From Dipteris shenzhenensis (lineage: Eukaryota): a stretch of DNA of 64,000 bases. The stretch lies in assembly GCA_047967505.1 (NCBI GenBank), contig CM106538.1. The stretch is one strand, 5' to 3'. Below, piece by piece: positions 12,561 through 24,648 of the stretch. The notes under the pieces were generated by a model. The model was not told the DNA's origin. It saw only the letters and a program-made list of their open reading frames with translations, and searched no databases. Made by a program: the position numbers and the translations under genes. Each line of letters begins with the position of its first letter. Positions within the stretch are counted from its first letter, which is position 1.

Positions 12561-12951
12561 CTTCCCACCCATAATTTAAACAAGCAGGAATATGCATGCA
12601 ATTTTGGTTTGTACTTTATTCCTACCTTACTCAATTAAAGCATCTTATATTTCTCATAGGACACATGAGCAACTGTTGTGCTTCAAGACACATGGATATG
12701 TATGCATGCATATGCATGAATACTAGCAAACTACCTGTAACTAAACATTCCTGCAGCTGCATTCTATGTATGGATACACACGTCATAATACTTGAATTGA
12801 TGCATCGATGCTTTTCAAGGTCTAAGGATAAGGACCTTTGATAGGTCAGCACTGACTCCTAATAGATCACATTTATATTCTAGTATACAATTTGTAATTT
12901 ATGCTTGTATCATCAAAAGTGTGTGTGTGTGTGTGTAGACTGGCAACTTAC

Positions 12952-13490
12952 AAGTAGGGTTCCATGGATTTGGAAGCGGAGCAATGTTTGGTGCTACAGC
13001 CCCCGAGCCTGTGGTGTTGTTTGCTACACTAGTACTAGGTGTCTGAGTTTGAGCTTTTGTCCAAGACCCTGTGCTCCCAATAGAGCTGCAAAGGGGTTTG
13101 ATGCCAAGTCATTTCCACCATCAGCTCCAACTATAGCTGCATTAAGGAAAGGTTCTTCCACTGTCTCATACATGCGCCTGAGCATGTTGAATTCTTCAGG
13201 AGAAGCTTCAATGTTACTCATAGCATGATCTGTGTTCCTCATCATTTCTCGCGTGAGCTCAGGGTTCCTAGCTGCATCAAGTGTTTGTCACAATGTAGCC
13301 CGATCATTCAGAATGTGACCCAAATCCAGATTTATGTCGATGATGTCCCTCATTTGTGGATTGCTCATGATCAAATTATGCATAAGATTAGGATTGTTCA
13401 TGAGGCATTGGACTGCTAGCATATTCATCATTTCACGTAGAAGATTGGGATTTTACATTTTGCATCAATTGTTGGGCTTGTTGTTCAGTA
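12952..13490 (-). pseudogene. DSK2: Isolated exon fragment of ubiquilin/DSK2 (STI1-like repeat region)
   Basis: [10 protein letters not shown]...[10 protein letters not shown]...[49 protein letters not shown]...SNPFAALLG...PLPNPW, with an internal stop and frameshift; ends at a GTAAGT donor (12946-12951). Confidence 0.9.
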
Positions 13491-13639
13491 TTTTTCCAAT
13501 CTAAGTTTTCAACAAAGGCCACATCTCTCAGTATGAAAATTTTTAGAGAGGATATTCCTTGCTTTAATCCCAAGATTTGATGCCAAGTGAACCAGTAGGT
13601 TATATTATTTTGCCTTGTTGTAGAGTCCAGTAGTGGACA

Positions 13640-16600
13640 AGGATCCCGCTATCCCTTGCGATCTCAACAGAGATTGCCGGAGACTACAATGTTAGAAGGT
13701 CCAGAGATCACCTCTGGAGCAGTGCTTACATCTCAGATATCTTCCTTGGAGAGGATCAGTGAGGAAGATGTGCCCAATCCTTCTGTAGTAGAAATATATA
13801 AGGCATCTGAAAAAATGAATGGACCAGCAAAGAGTAGCGGTGCAACACATGAGCTTCAAGGTAAAGGTTATGAAATTGTTCAAAATGGTAAAAAATTATT
13901 TATGATATCACATTGATCATGTGATGATATTGGGTATTGACATTGATCATTGAATGATTTTCTAAAATTTGACATTTGCTTGAAGGTAAAGAGGCAGGAG
14001 ATATCCGTCTTCCTAGAGATCTAAGTAACCGATATGGAAAGAGCATTAAGGTGCACTTGTTACAGGAGGTCATGGACACACTCGTTGTCAAGAAAGATAT
14101 AGAGGTGCCTCTGATATCCTTGTGCAGACATGTCATAAACAAGGCCATCAGGACAGTGGGAGACAACATAGTTATCTTGGTAGAGATATTTGACTAGCAG
14201 GGGTACATTGATAGCAGGGGTGACTTCTTGGTGTCACTTGGGATCCAGGTGAGCCGGAGCTGACTTGGATAGTTGAGGATTCAGGCCCAACGTGGGAATT
14301 GGTAAACCATGAATTTGAGAATGAATTGGATAAGAGACCAGATTGGGTCAAGCTAAAGGGAAAGAAATTTTTGGTTTGGGATGGAAACCATTGACTCAAG
14401 GCATGGTTAGGGAGGATAAACATAGGTATGTTCTTTTGCATTTAGTGTATGTAAATTTTATTTATAGCATGTGTTTTTTTTTTCCCTTTTAAATATTGAG
14501 TGAACTTGCTTTACAGTGTATTCAAATATGATGGATCGGCACATTCGAGTTTGGTGCAAGTTCTTGCAGTTCGAGCGTACATAGGAGGGTGAGGTGTTGT
14601 TAGCACTAGCCGAGGTCAATAGGTATGAATCCACTATCATGCTTACTGTTATGTTTTGAATTTCTAGTTTTTTGGTGTCTTAAAATGGTCGTCTAACAAA
14701 TTGCATGTCCATGTGTAGGCTTGCATGTGTACATGTCTCGCACACTATTGCACATGACATATTAATGATGTAGAAATTTGGCACTGCAAACAAAGAGACA
14801 CTCATGCACTATTTTGCAGCGGAGGACAAAAGATTGGTTGAGGGTATGTTGTTGAAGGAGAGGAGTGGCCCCTTAAAGGCATGGTACAACTTGCTCATGT
14901 CTATACTTGGACAGTTTGTTTTTAGGGTGAGTGCCTTAAAGATGTTGGTTGATTACTTGGTAATGGTTTCTAGATTATGTTATGTCAAAAAAGTTGTGGT
15001 TCTTTTTTTCATAGGATGAGTACCAAAAGAAGTACCGGGAAGAGATGGACAAAACGGACACTTCAACCCTTTCACTGGAGGAGTGTGAGAAGGTACAAGG
15101 CAAGGCATTGTAGAAGGCAGAGGAGAAGGTGAGGAGTAGAGGATATCTTTTGCAATCGATTGCCAATCCAACGAATGGTGAGGGATTTTTTAGCATTTGG
15201 TTCTCCATAAACTGGGAGCAGAAAGGAAAGATCGTAACAGAGGACAAGCTTATCATGCTTGGTGCATCGAAACTATCTGCAGAGAGGTTTCTCTTCCATC
15301 TCTTTTGTTTATTTCTTTGTGTTGAATGCTTCAAGTTGTTGGAAGACGGGTTTGATTAATGGATTTTCTAATGGCAAGAAAAAAGAGGTCTTGAGAGTGC
15401 TTGCAGTAGATACAAACGTGCAGATGGAGCTAGGCATGCCACATGACAATAAGGAGTGGAGGAGATACATTGCAAGGGAGACATATTGGTCTCAAATTAT
15501 TGAAAAGGCATGCGAGATGATAGGATAGATGAATGTGCTATTTGATGGTCTAGGCATTCAGTTCCCTGGCGATGCAGTGAAGCATTTTAGAGCATGCTGG
15601 CATATTCACTTCTAGAATACGTTTCTGGACTTAGTAGGTGAGAAATTTTGGTTTTGGGAAATCTTTTGTGCAATCAAATATTTGAAATCATGCCAGAACA
15701 TTCTCTCATTAAATGCATGTCAATAACATACCAGGTGATATGAAGAGCTCACTAGATGCAGAGAAGAAGCCGCAAATGGCTATGTCCGTGCGGTGCCTAG
15801 TGTACATGTAATTAATGTTGGATGCTCTAGTCCATACCAAAATTCACATAATAGACTATGATGATGGATTAATAGTTACGTGAATGGCTTGCAGGTGGTT
15901 TTTTAAGTTGGTGGGAGAGTGTGCTCTAAATGAGATGCTAGTGGCGTGCCATGATTGGTTGATAATGAAAGGGCCACTATGCATGTTTCCTGACACATGC
16001 TTGCAGTGCCCTGGTGGATTGTCAGAGTGGGAGATGCAGAGATGCCCCTGGTGGTTGGATTATCCTCTCAACAAGGTTCCCAAATCAGAGAAGGAGCTAT
16101 GCAAAGGTAAATAAGTGTTCCTCTCAGTTCATTGCTTGAGTGTGTCATTCATATTTCAAGGAATGCATTGGAATGAACATCGTTTTTATGCATGGTTTAG
16201 AATTTGTCATGTGGAGGCAAGCACCAGGCAAGAGGACAAGGGACATTGGTTCCACTGCCAAGGAGCTACGTACCAAGAGAAGGAATAATGGGAGAGCATC
16301 GCAAGCAAGCAGAGTGTTGCAATTTGGTACTCTTGTTGAAGGAAGGGGTAGTCAAGAAGATGAGGGGGACAACAGATCTGATGACACGGAATCAGAGAGG
16401 GGAGATGGTAAGGGAACAAAGGTGCCTCCAATATTATGTCCGTAGATGGCATTGCAAGTACTTGATTTTTTCTACTAGCTATAGAGGAGGCTGTATATCA
16501 TAGGCTAGTGAGAGTTAACTGGTTGGATGTGCAGTTATCACTAGTGTATGGAAAGTGGCACCATTATGTATTCAATAGTTTGCAGGTGTATTTTAATCAA

Positions 16601-17560
16601 AATGGTATGAATATGATTATTGATGTGAATGTCTCTATTCTTCAGGTCTCATGTGAAAGTAAGGAATTTTCTTAAGTTGCTGACCCCTCCATCAATCACA
16701 ATTGAAGAGAAAGAAACAAAGGGAGAACAAAGGTAGCTACAAGCATGATGTGGGCAGACTTTCCTACATCACCTCTGGTTGAGCGCATCTCCGAAAAGGA
16801 GATTCTAGAGTGGAACTGGTTAAATATGGGTCTTGTGGAGGCTATTCCAGCATTTGCAAACCATATAATCAAAGATGGGGGGTGGCTCATCCAGTATTTG
16901 CTTGTCATAACATATGTGTTGTGTTCAGTTGGGGGCAATGTATAATGGATTTGAGCTAGTTCACATGCTGATCGTATACCTTGACTGTAGCTACATGCAA
17001 AAGAATCCAAAGGATATGGTATGTGAAATCTCATTTAAATGGTAGTACAGTTTGAAATATGTTTATGCACAAATTTGCAAAAGTTTGACTTGTTTAAGTT
17101 TTCTGGTTACAGATGACCTAGCTAGTCTTGGGTATGTGGCAGTGCCATGGATGCAAGATCCCTATGTACTACAATAACGCCTTAACAGAGAAGAGCCTTG
17201 GCAATGACATATGTGTTAGCCAGTCAAAGTGGATAAGGGAGACAAAAGTCCACACCTTCAAAGGCACACAAGAGGGACGTAATTTCGTGCGAGGTGGTGC
17301 AGAGAGACAACTTGGATTGAGCAGGTGATTCTCATTTGCTGGTTCTTTTTTTAGTCTTTGTGTATGGTTGGTTTGTTAACAATTGAGGATCTTGTTTATA
17401 GGTTTCTCTTGCACACATTCACGTAGGAGGGGGATGTCGTTGTAGATGCATTTGTAGGCATGGGGAACATGGCACGTGCATGTGCGGAGCTAGGTAGACA
17501 TTGTGTCTCTTGAGAAAGATGATGACGTGGTGATTGTTTAGTTGAAGCCCTTACAGTGCA
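13640..17560 (+). pseudogene. Multi-exon gene encoding an N-terminal ParB/Srx-like domain and a C-terminal beta-class N4C/N6A DNA methyltransferase domain; decayed
   Basis: KKFLVWDGNH*LKAW (D at 14380); MMWADFPT...EWN...AFANHIIKDGGWLI (16745-16890); RGGAERQLGLSR|FLLHTFT*EGDVVVDAFVGMGNMARACAELGRHCVS(L)EKD (17290-17520); phase-consistent GT-AG introns 14426-14516, 14623-14718 and 17325-17401. Confidence 0.75.
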
Positions 17561-17705
17561 GGCATCCAGATGCCAAGAGAGGGGAATGATATTTTCCTAT
17601 TTTGTGATGACAATATACATTTTGTGCTCCAGGGCTTTGAACAGATGTTTATGTATTTGAACTTATATTTGTTGAAATCTTATGGACCATTGCTTTGAAC
17701 AGATG

Positions 17706-18099
17706 TTTCATTTTATCTCTATGGTTTGTGTTTTTCACTGTTTGCTAAATCCATTAGGAAAAAGAGAGTAGATATCAATTTTTGAACATAGATATCAGAT
17801 GATGTGTGAGGAATAGAGTAATGAAGTGAACTAGGAAGTTGTAGACTATTGAATGAGCTATGACTTTGTTTTTGTAATCATGTCAATCGGAGACCTAGAG
17901 AGAGAGAGATACATTTCATTTTATCTCTATGGTTTGTGTTTTTCACCATTTGTTTCATTCCATTAGGAAAAAGAGAGTAGATATCAATTTTTAAACATAG
18001 ATATCAGATGATGTGTGAGGAATCATGATATGTGAAGTGAACTAGGAAGTTATAGACCATTGAATGAGCTATGACTTCATTTTTGCAATCATGCCAATC
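17706..18099. repeat. Tandem duplication, ~208-bp period, 2 copies
   Basis: TTTCATTTTATCTCTATGGTTTGTG... at 17706 and 17914. Confidence 0.9.
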
Positions 18100-18152
18100 C
18101 GCTCGCCTAAACTATGGCCGCTTGCCTGTGTCCGCTCACCTAAAAATTTTAC

Positions 18153-19841
18153 CCCTCATCTAGTAAGAGCTATTAAGTTCTAGATGCAGTTCTAGATGCA
18201 ACCTGTGCCACAATGAAAGAAGGGCAAGAGTGTCTTAAAATTGGATTTAGACACGCATGAGCACATCTTGGGGTGTCTTGAAGTGGTGGACGAGGACAAC
18301 TGAGATAGTACTAAGAAAATGTATGTAGTCTCATTGCAAGGAAACAATATGTCAACTTGTCCTACAAAATGGAATTTGTATTTGAGATTGCTTATTTTTA
18401 GTATTGTTTTTTTAAATCCTATGCTAGTTTTTAGTATATCCCAACAACCATCGCACTGGTTTTCCATAACGAATCCACACATCCTGCAAATCCATTCATC
18501 TTGTAATGATAGAAGCAAACCACCACACTGGTGATTGTTAATATCCTAGTGCAAACTAACCACCGTGCTAGCGATAACTTATCCTGCACTACTACCGTGC
18601 TATCCCTTCACTACTACCATGCTATCCTAAAATTTGTTGCACATTGCTATACTAAAACAGTGCCCTTTAGACTATTTATCATTTCATTAACTGTTAGATT
18701 TCATCCCATGCTTGTTTTTAGTATATCCCAACAACCACCGCGCTGGTTTCCCATAACAAATCCACACATCCTACAAATCCATTCATCTTGTAATAATAAA
18801 AGCAAATCATCATGTTGGTGGTTATTAATATCTTAATGCAACCAACCACTGCACTAGCCCTAGCTTATTCTGCACTAATCATGTACTAGACTACCATCCT
18901 ATCCCTACACTACTGCCACGCTATCCTTAAAAATTTTGCATAGCGCTATACTAAATCAGTGCCCTTTAGACTCTTAATTGTTTCGTTAATTGCCATCAGA
19001 TTTTATCCCATTGTGGTTTTTAGTATATCATAACAACCACTGCACTAGTTTCCTATATCAAATCCACACATCCTACAAATCCATTCATCTTGTAATTATA
19101 GAAGCAAACCACTGCGCTGATGGTTGTTGATATCCTAGTGTAACCAACCACCACATTGGTGATAACTTATCCTACATTACTACCGTGCTATCCTACACTA
19201 CTGTCATGCTATCCTAAAATTGGTTGCATAGTGCTAGTGCCCTTTAGACTGTTTATCGTTAACCATTAGATTTCAACCATTGAGCTACTTAAAACATTTA
19301 AGTACTAACATGGAAGCATGTCGATACAAAATTAGGTATTACAAGCACCATGAGAAAGTCCATAAGTCCAGTGGTTGTTGGGATATACTAAAAACAAGGA
19401 TATGATGAAATCTGACGATTAACGAAAAAATAAACAGTCTAAAGGAGACTGTTTTAGTATAGCACTGTGCAACAAATGTTAGGATAGCATGGTAGTATTG
19501 TATGAATAGCACGGTAGTAGTGCAGGATCAGTTATCGTGTGCATGGTGATTGGTTGCTACTAGTATATTAACAGCCACCAGCATGGTGGTTTTCTTCTAT
19601 TATCACAAGATGAATGGATTTGTAGGATGTGTGGATTTGTCATGGGAAACCAGTGCGGTGGTTGTGGAGATATACTAAAAACAAGCATGGGATTTACCAT
19701 TTGGGATTTACAAATACAATTTAATAAAACCAGCACGATGGTTGTTTGGGATATACTAAAAAGAAGCATAGTCTCAAATACAAATTCCATTTTGTAGGAC
19801 AAGTGCATCTGGAACTTAATAGCTCTTACTATAGATGAGAG
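18153..19841. mobile_element. Non-coding foldback-type element built from ~290-310-bp units
   Basis: Terminal inverted repeats CTCATC..TAGTAAGAGCTATTAAGTTC.AGATGCA / TGCATCTGGAACTTAATAGCTCTTACTATAGATGAG; three direct units (~18415, 18701, 19004) followed by inverted units at 19366-19770. Confidence 0.8.
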
Positions 19842-19849
19842 TACACACA

Positions 19850-22800
19850 TGTTGGTGGACTCTTATGTAGCAGTTAAAATTGTGGCCTCTCTTGTATGTT
19901 TTTTTGTACCAAAAAGCTCCGACTACTACATCCCACTTCTCATACATTGTTCCCCAATTATCCTTAAATGTTTCCTCAACCTTGTGCTTAGGTTTTGTGC
20001 ACTATAATAGAAAGTATGGGTCATCTTCCTCGTTCTCTTGAGATGCTATGATAACTGCAAAGTTATCCCCCTCCTCTAGACAATCAGTGAGGTCATTGAA
20101 ACTCTGCCCAAACTGTGGGGACTCATTTATCTGTCCATTGTTTGTCACTCCATTTGAACGTAGAGGGAAAACTTGAACTCACTCCCATGTCTTCAGAGCT
20201 GCAATGTTCTCACAATCGTCATTGATCACCTATGATGCATGCACTACAGAAACAAGAAAGTTTTCTTGTTTTAATCAGTTGGTTGTTTGAAAAGCCCCAT
20301 ACGTTGTGCAGACCATGAACTCCTTTAATTTTCTTGCAATCGTGGCGGCTTCTCCTTTGCACTTCATCCACTTTCACTCATGGAACACTCTGTGTACTAC
20401 AGTATTCTTAAGGCTTTGTTTACTGTATGTTGAATGAGTGCCTATGAAGAGGTTGGTTGTAAGCCATGTTAGAGCATCATGGGCATCATTGAGTTTTTCT
20501 TGAGGGCATGCTAATTGGTGTTTAAATAGAGCTTGCTTAATAACAGCACCGCATCCAACATGTTCACCCTTGCTAATGCTAGACTCAAAGAAATTGCACA
20601 TCATGTCTAGACCGCCGGTCAGGATTTGAACCTTGAGACAGAGTAGAATCGACGGGCTGATTTAAATTGAGAGGCAGCACCATCTGGCCACACCCAATGT
20701 TATTTTATGTTTTTTGCATGGGGATTTTCGTTTTTCAACCATTCCCAATGCAGTAGAAAAGCATGCTGCACAAATAAGGTGTCATGTTCCCTATCATAAA
20801 AAATGTAGAAATTGTATGTGCATTGCACTGACCTAGACTCAAAGCTCAAAATGTCCTCTTCCCAATGGTCAAAGCATGTTGGCTTACAATGCTCAAAGCT
20901 CCTCTACCCAATTGAAATGTCTAGATTCTGATCCATAAACCTTAGATACAACTCCGTCGGCTGACCCAACATGTGGGAACAACAGAACACTGAGCCTCCT
21001 TTTTGCTATTACTAAAAGAAGACAAAACACAGTCTAATTAAAGTATATAATGAAGCAAAACAATTTTCAACCACCGCGTTGGTTTAGGACAGTCAAAATT
21101 TCAATCACCAGGCTCGTTTAGGACACGTTTAGGATAGTCACAATTTCAACCACCGAGATGGTTTATGACACTCACAATTTCAACCACCGGGATGGTTTAG
21201 CCTGATGGTCTCAACTTCACATATTAGACAATAACAAGTATATTACTTTTCTTTTTTGAATTTCACCATTAGAAAATAATAATATATTTATTTTCATTTC
21301 TAAATTTCACAATTTAACAGTGGTAGATGACCCGAATAGTAGGAAATTAAATTTAACAAATTTAAGTACTAAGAAACACAATAATTTCAAACACTGAGCT
21401 GGTCAATAACTAATGTCTATTCAACCATGTTGGTTCAAGACAATCACATAATTGGTGATTGAGCTGAAGTAGCCACGATTGCATGATGTTCCAACCACCG
21501 GGCTCGTTTAGTAAAATAACAGTATATTGTGAAATATATTGCTATTAAGTTTGGCTCAACCATGTCACCGGGTTGGAAAACTCATGACAATCATATAAAC
21601 GGCAATTGAGCTGAACCAGCCCCTATGGTTGCATAATGTTCCAACCATTGGGCTGGTTTAGGACAATCACATTTAGTCCAAGCCTAGTTTAAGAAATGAA
21701 ACAAGTAAACTATCCCAAAGCTCAATGACAAACAACCACCGGGCTAGTTTGGGAAACATTGACCTACATCGTATCTAGCATGTGTATGATGTGCTCCTCA
21801 AACACCTTGCATCCCATCCGCTTCTTACAAATGTTCTTTATTTTTAGAGAAACTCTCGTATTTTCATGCCAAAACGTCGTCACTATAGCAATGACTTCCG
21901 CACTTAGGCTATCTCTCCTTTTCTTGCATTTTGTTGAAGCCCACAAACTTCTTGAATCAGGATGATCGTGCATTTCTTCTGCTCTACGTTTAACTATTGG
22001 AGCCATGCTGGTCCTTCTGATTGACAATATCTTCGACATTGTGTGTCCAAGCCATTTCTCCTTTGTTTCACAGGACACCAACATAGCTAATATCACCCTC
22101 TTTGTAGCTAGTTAATCTAAGCTATGCACCCCTTTCACTTTCTATAGGCCCATCTCCCAAGGTGTTGATAGGGTTGTTACTCTACAAACTTTAGGGTGCA
22201 GGCTAAAGATTGTGAAGACTCAAGACTGGTAATCATTTGAATGGCCTGATGTTGCTACCTTAAATGCTCCCACCAATCGTGAGACCACAGCTCGTGTTCT
22301 TTGCTCCACTAGTAATCATTGAATGCATGGATCTATAACCACTTCTTCCCACTGCTCTACAAGGAGTCTTCTTTCTTCTCATTATTTATCCCTTCGCAGA
22401 TGTTGCAAAAGTGTCTTCTGTTGCCGATTCAATACCGTGCCAATTCTTTCCTCGACCCGCACTCTATTCCTTATGCCTTGACCTAGCTTTTGAGCTTTCC
22501 TATCTCACAGCCTCTGTCTACTTCTCTTGCAAGCCATGGCGAGTTGTATATTGCCATTAACACCATGGTGATCAATCTAGAATAGACCCAGAGAACCTAG
22601 CTCTAGTAAGGCAAGCAAAGACTAGAAGACAACTTACTCGAAAGAAGGCAATGGCAAACCAAAGTTTGCACAAGGTCATGTTCAGGTGCGTGTAGGTTAT
22701 AGGGCATTTGCAAGGCGGGGGTAGGTTGCAGGTACTTAATTTTCCAAGATTTGATAGGCGAGAGGTGTGAAAATTCAAAATTCGCGGGAGCAGCAAACTT

Positions 22801-23360
22801 TCAGCCATCAGTTTTCCCCCCTCCAACAATACACATCAGCAAAATTGGATATCCCAAACAAGTGCAATGTCGCCTAAAATGCTTCAAAACACAAATAGGC
22901 CAAAGGGCACACTATCGGATTTAATGCTGTGTATTATTAAATGCAATGACCTTTGGCATGCTTATGATCCATATAGCAAGCAAGTGCATGGAAAAAGAAA
23001 TAATTCAAAATTCTAAATAGGGTTGGATTTATTAAAATATCTTTTCACATGCACAAATTGCACTTTTCCAACTTCTTCCATTTTAGGGTGAATCTAGATA
23101 CCAATACCAACAACTATTAATGTTTGAAGACCACCATGCAGTAGGTCCCACTAGTTTGGATTCCAATTTTTCAATCCGTTTTGGTTTTCAACAAATCAAA
23201 ACAAAGTTATGGAACAGGCCCTCAAATGGGTATGCATCACTTTAGCACAACATTGGAGGCCCATTAATCCATGCCTAATGTTCTCATTTATGTGTTTCCT
23301 TGGGTTGAGGAGAAGCTCACATAGTGTACTTTTGAATGATTACTTGGTTGCATGTATGGG
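19850..23360 (-). mobile_element. Sola2-like DNA transposon, copy B, with a decayed two-exon DDD transposase
   Basis: Exon 1 ...RRDSLSAEVIAIVTTFWHENTRVS... ends near 21765; exon 2 from 20960 reads TELYLRF...SFEHCKP, FYIFYDREHDTLFVQHAFLLHWEWL...HWVWPDGAASQFKSARRFY, FFESSISKGEHVGCGAVIK; internally deleted and truncated by the foldback. Confidence 0.75.
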
Positions 23361-24648
23361 CATGTATGTATAGAACAAAATTTTAATGATTTTGAATAAA
23401 TTGCTATATCCTATAGTCTTCAGGATGCATGCTTCACATGGAACATAGCACTTGTAATGCTTTCATGGTCTCGTTTTAAATCCTTATTCTATAATTTTTT
23501 GCTCTCATGTTCAAGTTTGGAATTTGTACTAGAACTTGAAGATAAAGTTTGTCGAATTCCGTTGAGCAATGCATAAGTTAGGGGTCATGCAAGATACCTA
23601 TATACAGAAAAGTCCCTGAACCTCACCAAAAATGGCTACACCCAAGCAAACAATGACCCTGGATACTTGTTTGATCTAGGACTATAAAAGTAATATATTC
23701 AAAAATGGCCTTACTTTTTAATTTTTCAAATGGAATAGAACCTTCTATATGGAAATAGTCTCAAAAAAACATAGGAATTTTTAAATTTAATTATTATCGA
23801 GCTTTATTGACATTGTATGGCCATAGTGCTCATTTCAAAGGCCCTAAATTTTTTAGGATGTCTCAATTTCTTGAATTACAAACCAAACAAAGCCGGAGAT
23901 CCCCTTCTAGTGACCCTAACTGTGTCACATGTCTCTACTATCTATGAAGAGTCTATAATAGAATCCAAATCCTTTAACAATTGTTGAAGAATAAGTTTTA
24001 TCAAAGGAAGTCTCTCTGGCAATCGAAGAACATTCAAAAAATCTAACTTATTCATCGTTTCACAGTCTTATCTAATCCCAATCTTTGAGACACAAAATTA
24101 TGGTAAGTTTTCTCTTCTTTTTTCTTGCCATGCTACTCTCTAGTAGCTTGTTAATATTTTTCATTTGGCTTGCAGTTTCTCGAAACCCAATGGGTGCGGG
24201 TGTGAATCTAGGCCTATTTAAGTTTTACTCTACAAGTGCTCATTCGAGCCTTGGACAAATTTAACGTTTTTCTCAATATCAAAAACCTAGGTTTGAAAAT
24301 TAAATATAGAAAGTTGTAAATCTAATTAACAAGTTCATTTGTAGATTTGTATATTACTCAAAAACCCCATAAGGCATATACATTCAAGGCATAAGACATT
24401 TGTCAGTAAATGTTAACATTGTAAAAGAACCCCTTTTTAAAAACAAACTTATAGATTTATTTTAGTACCCCAATCAAGAGATCCCTTATATAAGTATATT
24501 TTGTAAAATGTATAAGTTTTTGCTATTTAAAAAGCCCTATTCTTGAATTTATGTGCTATGTTTACATATTTTTAGGTTAATTCCTGACCACATAGAATAA
24601 ACACATCTACAATATCGCTACTCATGAAAGACAGCATAAACCAAGGTG

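Noticed and set aside
12952-13490. Processed (retro) pseudogene or functional DSK2 gene
   Set aside because: Retains a splice donor and intron flank, lacks other exons and poly(A), and has a stop and frameshift
13640-17560. Bacterial or phage contamination as the source of the ParB-MTase
   Set aside because: The gene has phase-consistent spliceosomal introns, transposon-like decay and contiguous plant repeat flanks
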